Part shown: one piece after another, positions 22,301 through 34,400 of the stretch
Numbering within the stretch: position 1 is the stretch's first letter
Layout: each line of letters opens with the position of its first letter
NCBI GenBank assembly: GCA_964016885.1
Contig: OZ024742.1
Span: forward strand, 744,001 to 808,000
DNA length: 64,000 bases
Reading direction: 5' to 3'
DNA from: Eledone cirrhosa
Taxonomy: Eukaryota
Program-made: the position numbers and the translations under genes
Notes under the pieces: generated by a model
Seen by the model: the letters and a program-made list of their open reading frames with translations, nothing else
Databases searched by the model: none
Told to the model about the DNA's origin: nothing

Positions 22301-25300
22301 GTGGTAAAGGTGTTAGTGGAGGTGTGTGGTCTAGTGGTAAAGGTGTTAGTGGAGGTGTGTGGTCTAGTGGTAAAGGTGTTAGTGGAGGTGTGTGGTCTAG
22401 TGGTAAAGGTGTTAGTGGAGGTGTGTGGTCTAGTGGTAAAGGTGTTAGTGGAGGTGTGTGGTCTAGTGGTAAAGGTGTTCTGTAGAGGTGTGTGGTCTAG
22501 TGGTAAAGGTGTTCTGTGGAGGTGTGTGGTCTAGTGGTAAAGGTGTTAGTGGAGGTGTGTGGTCTAGTGGTAAAGGTGTTAGTGGAGGTGTGTGGTCTAG
22601 TGGTAAAGGTGTTAGTGGAGGTGTGTGGTCTAGTGGTAAAGGTGTTAGTGGAGGTGTGTGGTCTAGTGGTAAAGGTGTTCTGTAGAGGTGTGTGGTCTAG
22701 TGGTAAAGGTGTTCTGTGGAGGTGTGTGGTCTAGTGGTAAAGGTGTTAGTGGAGGTGTGTGGTCTAGTGGTAAAGGTGTTAGTGGAGGTGTGTGGTCTAG
22801 TGGTAAAGGTGTTAGTGGAGGTGTGTGGTCTAGTGGTAAAGGTGTTAGTGGAGGTGTGTGGTCTAGTGGTAAAGGTGTTAGTGGAGGTGTGTGGTCTAGT
22901 GGTAAAGGTGTTAGTGGAGGTGTGTGGTCTAGTGGTAAAGGTGTTAGTGGAGGTGTGTGGTCTAGTGGTAAAGGTGTTAGTGGAGGTGTGTGGTCTAGTG
23001 GTAAAGGTGTTCTGTAGAGGTGTGTGGTCTAGTGGTAAAGGTGTTCTGTGGAGGTGTGTGGTCTAGTGGTAAAGGTGTTAGTGGAGGTGTGTGGTCTAGT
23101 GGTAAAGGTGTTAGTGGAGGTGTGTGGTCTAGTGGTAAAGGTGTTAGTGGAGGTGTGTGGTCTAGTGGTAAAGGTGTTAGTGGAGGTGTGTGGTCTAGTG
23201 GTAAAGGTGTTCTGTAGAGGTGTGTGGTCTAGTGGTAAAGGTGTTCTGTGGAGGTGTGTGATCTAGTGGTAAAGGTGTTCTGTGGAGGTGTGTGGTCTAG
23301 TGGTAAAGGTGTTCTGTGGAGGTGTGTGGTCTAGTGGTAAATGTGTTAGTGGAGATGTGTTGTCTAGTCGTAAAGGTGTTAGTGGAGGTGTGTGGTCTAG
23401 TGGTAAAGGTGTTCTGTGGAGGTGTGTGGTCTAGTGGTAAAGGTGTTCTGTGGAGGTGTGTGGTCTAGTGGTAAAGGTGTTAGTGGAGGTGTGTGGTCTA
23501 GTGGTAAAGGTGTAAGTGGAGGTGTGTGGTCTAGTGGTAAAGGTGTTCTGTAGAGGTGTGTGGTCTAGTGGTAAATGTGTTCTGTGGAGGTGTGTGGTCT
23601 AGTGGTAAAGGTGTTCTGTGGAGGTGTGTGGTCTAGTGGTAAAGGTGTTAGTGGAGGTGTGTGGTCTAGTGGTAAAGGTGTTAGTGGAGATGTGTGGTTT
23701 AGTGGTAAAGGTGTTCTGTAGAGGTGTGTGGTCTAGTGGTAAAGGTGTTCTGTGGCGGTGTGTGGTCTAGTGGTAAAGGTGTTAGTGGAGGTGTGTGGTC
23801 TAGTGGTATAGGTGTTAGTGGAGGTGTGTGGTCTAGTGGTAAAGGTGTTCTGTGGAGGTGTGTGGTCTAGTGGTAAATGTGTTAGTGGAGGTGTGTGGTC
23901 TAGTGGTATAGGTGTTAGTGGAGGTGTGTGGTCTAGTGGTAAAGGTGTGTGGTCTAGTGGTAAAGGTGTTCTGTAGAGGTGTGTGGTCTAGTGGTAAAGG
24001 TGTTCTGTGGCGGTGTGTGGTCTAGTGGTAAAGGTGTTCTGTGGAGGTGTGTGGTCTAGTGGTAAAGGTGTTCTGTGGAGGTGTGTGGTCTAGTGGTAAA
24101 GGTGTTAGTGGAGGTGTGTGGTCTAGTGGTAAAGGGGTTCTGTGGAGGTGTGTGGTCTAGTAGTAAAGGTGTTCTGTGGAGGTGTGTGGTCTAGTGGTAA
24201 AGGTGTTAGTGGAGGTGTGTGATCTAGTGGTAAAGGTGTTAGTGGAGGTGTGTGGTCTAGTGGTAAAGGTGTTCTGTAGAGGTGTGTGGTCTAGTGGTAA
24301 CGGTGTTCTGTGGAGGTGTGTGGTCTAGTGGTATAGGTGTTCTGTGGAGGTGTGTGGTCTAGTGGTATAGGTATTCTGTGGAGGTGTGTGGTCTAGTGGT
24401 AAAGGTGTTAGTGGAGGTGTGTGGTCTAGTGGTAAAGGTGTTCTGTAGAGGTGTGTGGTCTAGTGGTAAAGGTGTTAGTGGAGGTGTGTGGTCTAGTGGT
24501 AAAGGTGTTAGTGGAGGTGTGTGGTCTAGTGGTAAAGGTGTTCTGGAGAGGTGTGTGGTCTAGTGGTAAAGGTGTTCTGTGGAGGTGTGTGGTCTAGTGG
24601 TAAAGGTGTTGTGTGGAGGTGTGTGGTCTAGTGGTAAAGGTGTTAGTGGAGATGTGTGGTCTAGTGGTAAAGGTGTTCTGTGGATGTGTGTGGTCTAGTG
24701 GTAAAGGTGTTAGTGGAGGTGTGTGGTCTAGTGGTAAAGGTGTTCTGTAGAGGTTTGTGGTTTAGTGGTAAAGGTGTTCTGTGGAGGTGTGTGGTCTAGT
24801 GGTAAAGGTGTTCTTTGGAGGTGTGTGGTCTAGTGGTAAAGGTGTTAGTGGAGGTGTGTGGTCTAGTGGTAAAGGTGTTAGTGGAGGTGTGTGGTCTAGT
24901 GGTATAGGTGTTCTGTGGAGGTGTGTGGTCTAGTGGTATAGGTGTTCTGTGGAGGTGTGTGGTCTAGTGGTAAAGGTGTTAGTGGAGGTGTGTGGTCTAG
25001 TGGTAAAGGTGTTCTGTAGAGGTGTGTGGTCTAGAGGTAAAGGTGTTAGTGGAGGTGTGTGGTCTAGTGGTAAAGGTGTTAGTGGAGGTCTGTGGTCTAG
25101 TGGTAAAGGTGTTCTGTGTAGGTGTGTGGTCTAGTGGTAAAGGTGTTAGTGGATGTGTGTGGTCTAGTGGTAAAGGTGTTCTGTGGAGGTGTGTGGTCTA
25201 GTGGTAAAGGTGTAAGTGGAGGTGTGTGGTCTAGTGGTAAAGGTGTTCTGTAGAGGTGTGTGGTCTAGTGGTAAATGTGTTCTGTGGAGGTGTGTGGTCT

Positions 25301-25623
25301 AGTGGTAAAGGTGTTCTGTGGAGGTGTGTGGTCTAGTGGTAAAGGTGTTAGTGGAGGTGTGTGGTCTAGTGGTAAAGGTGTAAGTGGAGGTGTGTGGTCT
25401 AGTGGTAAAGGTGTTCTGTGGAGGTGTGTGGTCTAGTGGTAAAGGTGTTAGTGGAGGTGTGTGGTCTAGTGGTAAAGGTGTAAGTGGAGGTGTGTGGTCT
25501 AGTGGTAAAGGTGTTCTGTAGAGGTGTGTGGTCTAGTGGTAAAGGTGTTCTGTGGCGGTGTGTGGTCTAGTGGTAAAGGTGTTCTGTGGAGGTGTGTGGT
25601 CTAGTGGTAAAGGTGTTCTGTGG
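13368..25623. repeat. Large duplication A, copy 2
   Basis: Matches 1..12257. The only differences I noticed are G3866 versus T17233 and a 1-bp G deletion near 18078 (GTCTAGTGTAAAGG), which shifts the offset from 13,367 to 13,366. Confidence 0.93.
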
Positions 25624-28600
25624 AGGTGTGTGGTCTAGTGGTAAAGGTGTTAGTGGAGATGTGTGGTTTAGTGGTAAAGGTGTTCTGTAGAGGTGTGTGG
25701 TCTAGTGGTAAAGGTGTTCTGTGGCGGTGTGTGGTCTAGTGGTAAAGGTGTTAGTGGAGGTGTGTGGTCTAGTGGTAAAGGTGTTCTGTAGAGGTGTGTG
25801 GTCTAGTGGTAAAGGTGTTCTGTGGCGGTGTGTGGTCTAGTGGTAAAGGTGTTCTGTGGAGGTGTGTGGTCTAGTGGTAAAGGTGTTCTGTGGAGGTGTG
25901 TGGTCTAGTGGTAAAGGTGTTAGTGGAGGTGTGTGGTCTAGTGGTAAAGGGGTTCTGTGGAGGTGTGTGGTCTAGTAGTAAAGGTGTTCTGTGGAGGTGT
26001 GTGGTCTAGTGGTAAAGGTGTTAGTGGAGGTGTGTGGTCTAGTGGTAAAGGTGTTCTGTAGAGGTGTGTGGTCTAGTGGTAACGGTGTTCTGTGGAGGTG
26101 TGTGGTCTAGTGGTATAGGTGTTCTGTGGAGGTGTGTGGTCTAGTGGTATAGGTATTCTGTGGAGGTGTGTGGTCTAGTGGTAAAGGTGTTAGTGGAGGT
26201 GTGTGGTCTAGTGGTAAAGGTGTTCTGTAGAGGTGTGTGGTCTAGTGGTAAAGGTGTTAGTGGAGGTGTGTGGTCTAGTGGTAAAGGTGTTAGTGGAGGT
26301 GTGTGGTCTAGTGGTAAAGGTGTTCTGGAGAGGTGTGTGGTCTAGTGGTAAAGGTGTTCTGTGGAGGTGTGTGGTCTAGTGGTAAAGGTGTTGTGTGGAG
26401 GTGTGTGGTCTAGTGGTAAAGGTGTTAGTGGAGATGTGTGGTCTAGTGGTAAAGGTGTTCTGTGGATGTGTGTGGTCTAGTGGTATAGGTGTTAGTGGAG
26501 GTGTGTGGTCTAGTGGTAAAGGTGTTCTGTAGAGGTGTGTGGTCTAGTGGTATAGGTGTTCTGTGGAGGTGTGTGGTCTAGTGGTAAAGGTGTTAGTGGA
26601 GGTGTGTGGTCTAGTGGTAAAGGTGTTCTGTAGAGGTTTGTGGTTTAGTGGTAAAGGTGTTCTGTGGAGGTGTGTGGTCTAGTGGTAAAGGTGTTCTTTG
26701 GAGGTGTGTGGTCTAGTGGTAAAGGTGTTAGTGGAGGTGTGTGGTCTAGTGGTAAAGGTGTTAGTGGAGGTGTGTGGTCTAGTGGTATAGGTGTTCTGTG
26801 GAGGTGTGTGGTCTAGTGGTATAGGTGTTCTGTGGAGGTGTGTGGTCTAGTGGTAAAGGTGTTAGTGGAGGTGTGTGGTCTAGTGGTAAAGGTGTTCTGT
26901 AGAGGTGTGTGGTCTAGAGGTAAAGGTGTTAGTGGAGGTGTGTGGTCTAGTGGTAAAGGTGTTCTGTAGAGGTGTGTGGTCTAGTGGTAAAGGTGTTCTG
27001 TGGAGGTGTGTGGTCTAGTGGTAAAGGTGTTAGTGGAGGTGTGTGGTCTAGTGGTAAAGGTGTTAGTGGAGGTGTGTGGTCTAGTGGTAAAGGTGTTAGT
27101 GGAGGTGTGTGGTCTAGTGGTAAAGGTGTTAGTGGAGGTGTGTGGTCTAGTGGTAAAGGTGTTCTGTAGAGGTGTGTGGTCTAGTGGTAAAGGTGTTCTG
27201 TGGAGGTGTGTGGTCTAGTGGTAAAGGTGTTAGTGGAGGTGTGTGGTCTAGTGGTAAAGGTGTTAGTGGAGGTGTGTGGTCTAGTGGTAAAGGTGTTAGT
27301 GGAGGTGTGTGGTCTAGTGGTAAAGGTGTTAGTGGAGGTGTGTGGTCTAGTGGTAAAGGTGTTAGTGGAGGTGTGTGGTCTAGTGGTAAAGGTGTTAGTG
27401 GAGGTGTGTGGTCTAGTGGTAAAGGTGTTAGTGGAGGTGTGTGGTCTAGTGGTAAAGGTGTTAGTGGAGGTGTGTGGTCTAGTGGTAAAGGTGTTCTGTA
27501 GAGGTGTGTGGTCTAGTGGTAAAGGTGTTCTGTGGAGGTGTGTGGTCTAGTGGTAAAGGTGTTAGTGGAGGTGTGTGGTCTAGTGGTAAAGGTGTTAGTG
27601 GAGGTGTGTGGTCTAGTGGTAAAGGTGTTAGTGGAGGTGTGTGGTCTAGTGGTAAAGGTGTTAGTGGAGGTGTGTGGTCTAGTGGTAAAGGTGTTCTGTA
27701 GAGGTGTGTGGTCTAGTGGTAAAGGTGTTCTGTGGAGGTGTGTGATCTAGTGGTAAAGGTGTTCTGTGGAGGTGTGTGGTCTAGTGGTAAAGGTGTTCTG
27801 TGGAGGTGTGTGGTCTAGTGGTAAATGTGTTAGTGGAGATGTGTTGTCTAGTCGTAAAGGTGTTAGTGGAGGTGTGTGGTCTAGTGGTAAAGGTGTTCTG
27901 TGGAGGTGTGTGGTCTAGTGGTAAAGGTGTTCTGTGGAGGTGTGTGGTCTAGTGGTAAAGGTGTTAGTGGAGGTGTGTGGTCTAGTGGTAAAGGTGTAAG
28001 TGGAGGTGTGTGGTCTAGTGGTAAAGGTGTTCTGTAGAGGTGTGTGGTCTAGTGGTAAATGTGTTCTGTGGAGGTGTGTGGTCTAGTGGTAAAGGTGTTC
28101 TGTGGAGGTGTGTGGTCTAGTGGTAAAGGTGTTAGTGGAGGTGTGTGGTCTAGTGGTAAAGGTGTTAGTGGAGATGTGTGGTTTAGTGGTAAAGGTGTTC
28201 TGTAGAGGTGTGTGGTCTAGTGGTAAAGGTGTTCTGTGGCGGTGTGTGGTCTAGTGGTAAAGGTGTTAGTGGAGGTGTGTGGTCTAGTGGTATAGGTGTT
28301 AGTGGAGGTGTGTGGTCTAGTGGTAAAGGTGTTCTGTGGAGGTGTGTGGTCTAGTGGTAAATGTGTTAGTGGAGGTGTGTGGTCTAGTGGTATAGGTGTT
28401 AGTGGAGGTGTGTGGTCTAGTGGTAAAGGTGTGTGGTCTAGTGGTAAAGGTGTTCTGTAGAGGTGTGTGGTCTAGTGGTAAAGGTGTTCTGTGGCGGTGT
28501 GTGGTCTAGTGGTAAAGGTGTTCTGTGGAGGTGTGTGGTCTAGTGGTAAAGGTGTTCTGTGGAGGTGTGTGGTCTAGTGGTAAAGGTGTTAGTGGAGGTG

Positions 28601-31447
28601 TGTGGTCTAGTGGTAAAGGGGTTCTGTGGAGGTGTGTGGTCTAGTAGTAAAGGTGTTCTGTGGAGGTGTGTGGTCTAGTGGTAAAGGTGTTAGTGGAGGT
28701 GTGTGATCTAGTGGTAAAGGTGTTAGTGGAGGTGTGTGGTCTAGTGGTAAAGGTGTTCTGTAGAGGTGTGTGGTCTAGTGGTAACGGTGTTCTGTGGAGG
28801 TGTGTGGTCTAGTGGTATAGGTGTTCTGTGGAGGTGTGTGGTCTAGTGGTATAGGTATTCTGTGGAGGTGTGTGGTCTAGTGGTAAAGGTGTTAGTGGAG
28901 GTGTGTGGTCTAGTGGTAAAGGTGTTCTGTAGAGGTGTGTGGTCTAGTGGTAAAGGTGTTAGTGGAGGTGTGTGGTCTAGTGGTAAAGGTGTTAGTGGAG
29001 GTGTGTGGTCTAGTGGTAAAGGTGTTCTGGAGAGGTGTGTGGTCTAGTGGTAAAGGTGTTCTGTGGAGGTGTGTGGTCTAGTGGTAAAGGTGTTGTGTGG
29101 AGGTGTGTGGTCTAGTGGTAAAGGTGTTAGTGGAGATGTGTGGTCTAGTGGTAAAGGTGTTCTGTGGATGTGTGTGGTCTAGTGGTAAAGGTGTTAGTGG
29201 AGGTGTGTGGTCTAGTGGTAAAGGTGTTCTGTAGAGGTTTGTGGTTTAGTGGTAAAGGTGTTCTGTGGAGGTGTGTGGTCTAGTGGTAAAGGTGTTCTTT
29301 GGAGGTGTGTGGTCTAGTGGTAAAGGTGTTAGTGGAGGTGTGTGGTCTAGTGGTAAAGGTGTTAGTGGAGGTGTGTGGTCTAGTGGTATAGGTGTTCTGT
29401 GGAGGTGTGTGGTCTAGTGGTATAGGTGTTCTGTGGAGGTGTGTGGTCTAGTGGTAAAGGTGTTAGTGGAGGTGTGTGGTCTAGTGGTAAAGGTGTTCTG
29501 TAGAGGTGTGTGGTCTAGAGGTAAAGGTGTTAGTGGAGGTGTGTGGTCTAGTGGTAAAGGTGTTAGTGGAGGTCTGTGGTCTAGTGGTAAAGGTGTTCTG
29601 TGTAGGTGTGTGGTCTAGTGGTAAAGGTGTTAGTGGATGTGTGTGGTCTAGTGGTAAAGGTGTTCTGTGGAGGTGTGTGGTCTAGTGGTAAAGGTGTAAG
29701 TGGAGGTGTGTGGTCTAGTGGTAAAGGTGTTCTGTAGAGGTGTGTGGTCTAGTGGTAAATGTGTTCTGTGGAGGTGTGTGGTCTAGTGGTAAAGGTGTTC
29801 TGTGGAGGTGTGTGGTCTAGTGGTAAAGGTGTTAGTGGAGGTGTGTGGTCTAGTGGTAAAGGTGTAAGTGGAGGTGTGTGGTCTAGTGGTAAAGGTGTTC
29901 TGTGGAGGTGTGTGGTCTAGTGGTAAAGGTGTTAGTGGAGGTGTGTGGTCTAGTGGTAAAGGTGTAAGTGGAGGTGTGTGGTCTAGTGGTAAAGGTGTTC
30001 TGTAGAGGTGTGTGGTCTAGTGGTAAAGGTGTTCTGTGGCGGTGTGTGGTCTAGTGGTAAAGGTGTTCTGTGGAGGTGTGTGGTCTAGTGGTAAAGGTGT
30101 TCTGTGGAGGTGTGTGGTCTAGTGGTAAAGGTGTTAGTGGAGATGTGTGGTTTAGTGGTAAAGGTGTTCTGTAGAGGTGTGTGGTCTAGTGGTAAAGGTG
30201 TTCTGTGGCGGTGTGTGGTCTAGTGGTAAAGGTGTTAGTGGAGGTGTGTGGTCTAGTGGTAAAGGTGTTCTGTAGAGGTGTGTGGTCTAGTGGTAAAGGT
30301 GTTCTGTGGCGGTGTGTGGTCTAGTGGTAAAGGTGTTCTGTGGAGGTGTGTGGTCTAGTGGTAAAGGTGTTCTGTGGAGGTGTGTGGTCTAGTGGTAAAG
30401 GTGTTAGTGGAGGTGTGTGGTCTAGTGGTAAAGGGGTTCTGTGGAGGTGTGTGGTCTAGTAGTAAAGGTGTTCTGTGGAGGTGTGTGGTCTAGTGGTAAA
30501 GGTGTTAGTGGAGGTGTGTGGTCTAGTGGTAAAGGTGTTCTGTAGAGGTGTGTGGTCTAGTGGTAACGGTGTTCTGTGGAGGTGTGTGGTCTAGTGGTAT
30601 AGGTGTTCTGTGGAGGTGTGTGGTCTAGTGGTATAGGTATTCTGTGGAGGTGTGTGGTCTAGTGGTAAAGGTGTTAGTGGAGGTGTGTGGTCTAGTGGTA
30701 AAGGTGTTCTGTAGAGGTGTGTGGTCTAGTGGTAAAGGTGTTAGTGGAGGTGTGTGGTCTAGTGGTAAAGGTGTTAGTGGAGGTGTGTGGTCTAGTGGTA
30801 AAGGTGTTCTGGAGAGGTGTGTGGTCTAGTGGTAAAGGTGTTCTGTGGAGGTGTGTGGTCTAGTGGTAAAGGTGTTGTGTGGAGGTGTGTGGTCTAGTGG
30901 TAAAGGTGTTAGTGGAGATGTGTGGTCTAGTGGTAAAGGTGTTCTGTGGATGTGTGTGGTCTAGTGGTATAGGTGTTAGTGGAGGTGTGTGGTCTAGTGG
31001 TAAAGGTGTTCTGTAGAGGTGTGTGGTCTAGTGGTATAGGTGTTCTGTGGAGGTGTGTGGTCTAGTGGTAAAGGTGTTAGTGGAGGTGTGTGGTCTAGTG
31101 GTAAAGGTGTTCTGTAGAGGTTTGTGGTTTAGTGGTAAAGGTGTTCTGTGGAGGTGTGTGGTCTAGTGGTAAAGGTGTTCTTTGGAGGTGTGTGGTCTAG
31201 TGGTAAAGGTGTTAGTGGAGGTGTGTGGTCTAGTGGTAAAGGTGTTAGTGGAGGTGTGTGGTCTAGTGGTATAGGTGTTCTGTGGAGGTGTGTGGTCTAG
31301 TGGTATAGGTGTTCTGTGGAGGTGTGTGGTCTAGTGGTAAAGGTGTTAGTGGAGGTGTGTGGTCTAGTGGTAAAGGTGTTCTGTAGAGGTGTGTGGTCTA
31401 GAGGTAAAGGTGTTAGTGGAGGTGTGTGGTCTAGTGGTAAAGGTGTT
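22435..31447. repeat. Tandem duplication B, two adjacent copies with a 4,484-bp period
   Basis: ORF-track starts 22488/26972, 24378/28862, 24949/29433 and 26160/30644 all differ by 4,484. The bounding mismatches are T22434 versus A26918 and C26964 versus A31448. Confidence 0.92.
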
Positions 31448-34400
31448 AGTGGAGGTCTGTGGTCTAGTGGTAAAGGTGTTCTGTGTAGGTGTGTGGTCTA
31501 GTGGTAAAGGTGTTAGTGGATGTGTGTGGTCTAGTGGTAAAGGTGTTCTGTGGAGGTGTGTGGTCTAGTGGTAAAGGTGTTAGTGGAGGTGTGTGGTCTA
31601 GTGGTAAAGGTGTTAGTGGAGGTGTGTGGTCTAGTGGTAAAGGTGTTCTGTGTAGGTGTGTGGTCTAGTGGTAAAGGTGTTCGTGGAAGTGTGTGGTCTA
31701 GTGGTAAAGGTGTTCTGTGGAGGTGTGTGGTCTAGTGGTAAAGGTGTTAGTGGAGGTGTGTGGTCTAGTGGTAAAGGTGTTCTGTGTAGGTGTGTGGTCT
31801 AGTGGTAAAGGTGTTAGTGGAGGTGTGTGGTCTAGTGGTAAAGGTGTTCTTTGGAGGTGTGTGGTCTAGTGGTAAAGGTGTTAGTGGAGGTATGTGGTCT
31901 AGTGGTAAAGGTGTTAGTGGAGGTGTGTGGTCTAGTGGTAAAGGTGTTCTTTGGAGGTGTGTGGTCTAGTGGTAAAGGTGTTAGTGGAGGTGTGTGGTCT
32001 AGTGGTAAAGGTGTTCTGTAGAGGTGTGTGGTCTAGTGGTAAAGGTGTTCTGTGGAGGTGTGTGATCTAGTGGTAAAGGTGTTCTGTGGAGGTGTGTGGT
32101 CTAGTGGTAAAGGTGTTCTGTGGAGGTGTGTGGTCTAGTGGTAAATGTGTTAGTGGAGGTGTGTGGTCTAGTGGTAAAGGTGTTAGTGGAGGTGTGTGGT
32201 CTAGTGGTAAAGGTGTTCTGTGGAGGTGTGTTGTCTAGTCGTAAAGGTGTTAGTGGAGGTGTGTGGTCTAGTGGTAAAGGTGTTCTGTGGAGGTGTGTGG
32301 TCTAGTGGTAAAGGTGTTAGTGGAGGTGTGTGGTCTAGTGGTAAAGGTGTAAGTGGAGGTGTGTGGTCTAGTGGTAAAGGTGTTCTTTGGAGGTGTGTTG
32401 TCTAGTCGTAAAGGTGTTAGTGGAGGTGTGTGGTCTAGTGGTAAAGGTGTTCTTTGGAGGTGTGTTGTCTAGTCGTAAAGGTGTTAGTGGAGGTGTGTGG
32501 TCTAGTGGTAAAGGTGTTCTGTGGAGGTGTGTGGTCTAGTGGTAAAGGTGTTCTGTGGAGGTGTGTGGTCTAGTGGTAAAGGTGTTAGTGGAGGTGTGTG
32601 GTCTAGTGGTAAAGGTGTAAGTGGAGGTGTGTGGTCTAGTGGTAAAGGTGTTCTGTAGAGGTGTGTGGTCTAGTGGTAAAGGTGTTCTGTGGAGGTGTGT
32701 GGTCTAGTGGTAAAGGTGTTCTGTGGAGGTGTGTGGTCTAGTGGTAAAGGTGTTAGTGGAGGTGTGTGGTCTAGTGGTAAAGGTGTTAGTGGAGATGTGT
32801 GGTTTAGTGGTAAAGGTGTTCTGTAGAGGTGTGTGGTCTAGTGGTAAAGGTGTTCTGTGGCGGTGTGTGGTCTAGTGGTAAAGGTGTTAGTGGAGGTGTG
32901 TGGTCTAGTGGTAAAGGTGTTCTGTAGAGGTGTGTGGTCTAGTGGTAAAGGTGTTCTGTGGCGGTGTGTGGTCTAGTGGTAAAGGTGTTCTGTGGAGGTG
33001 TGTGGTCTAGTGGTAAAGGTGTTAGTGGAGATGTGTGGTCTAGTGGTAAAGGTGTTAGTGAAGATGTGTGGTTTAGTGGTAAAGGTGTTCTGTAGAGGTG
33101 TGTGGTCTAGTGGTAAAGGTGTTCTGTGGAGGTGTGTGGTCTAGTGGTAAAGGTGTTAGTGGAGGTGTGTGGTCTAGTGGTAAAGGGGTTCTGTGGAGGT
33201 GTGTGGTCTAGTAGTAAAGGTGTTCTGTGGATGTGTGTGGTCTAGTGGTAAAGGTGTTAGTGGAGGTGTGTGATCTAGTGGTAAAGGTGTTAGTGGAGGT
33301 GTGTGGTCTAGTGGTAAAGGTGTTCTGTAGAGGTGTGTGGTCTAGTGGTAACGGTGTTCTGTGGAGGTGTGTGGTCTAGTGGTATAGGTGTTCTGTGGAG
33401 GTGTGTGGTCTAGTGGTATAGGTGTTCTGTGGAGGTGTGTGGTCTAGTGGTAAAGGTGTTAGTGGAGGTGTGTGGTCTAGTGGTAAAGGTGTTCTGTAGA
33501 GGTGTGTGGTCTAGTGGTAAAGGTGTTAGTGGAGGTGTGTGGTCTAGTGGTAAAGGTGTTAGTGGAGGTGTGTGGTCTAGTGGTAAAGGTGTTCTGGAGA
33601 GGTGTGTGGTCTAGTGGTAAAGGTGTTCTGTGGAGGTGTGTGGTCTAGTGGTAAAGGTGTTGTGTGGAGGTGTGTGGTCTAGTGGTAAAGGTGTTAGTGG
33701 AGATGTGTGGTCTAGTGGTAAAGGTGTTCTGTGGATGTGTGTGGTCTAGTGGTATAGGTGTTAGTGGAGGTGTGTGGTCTAGTGGTAAAGGTGTTCTGTA
33801 GAGGTGTGTGGTCTAGTGGTAAAGGTGTGTGGTCTAGTGGTAAAGGTGTGTGGTCTAGTGGTAAAGGTGTTAGTGGAGGTGTGTGGCCTAGTGGTAAAGG
33901 TGTTCTGTGGAGGTGTGTGGTCTAGTGGTAAAGGTGTTCTGTAGAGGTGTGTGGTCTAGTGGTATAGGTGTTAGTGGAGGTGTGTGGTCTAGTGGTAAAG
34001 GTATTCTGTAGAGGTGTGTGGTCTAGTGGTATAGGTGTTCTGTGGAGGTGTGTGGTCTAGTGGTGAAGGTGTGTGGTCTAGTGGTAAAGGTGTTCTGCAG
34101 AGGTGTGTGGTCTAGTGGTAAAGGTGTTCTGTGGAGGTGTGTGGTCTAATGGTATAGGTGTTCTGTGGAGGTGTGTGGTCTAGTGGTAAAGGTGTTAGTG
34201 GAGGTGTGTGGTCTAGTGGTAAAGGTGTTCTGTAGAGGTGTGTGGTCTAGAGGTAAAGGTGGTAGTGGAGGTGTGTGGTCTAGTGGTAAAGGTGTTAGTG
34301 GAGGTCTGTGGTCTAGTGGTAAAGGTGTTCTGTGTAGGTGTGGTCTAGTGGTAAAGGTGTTAGTGGATGTGTGTGGTCTAGTGGTAAAGGTGTTCTGTGG

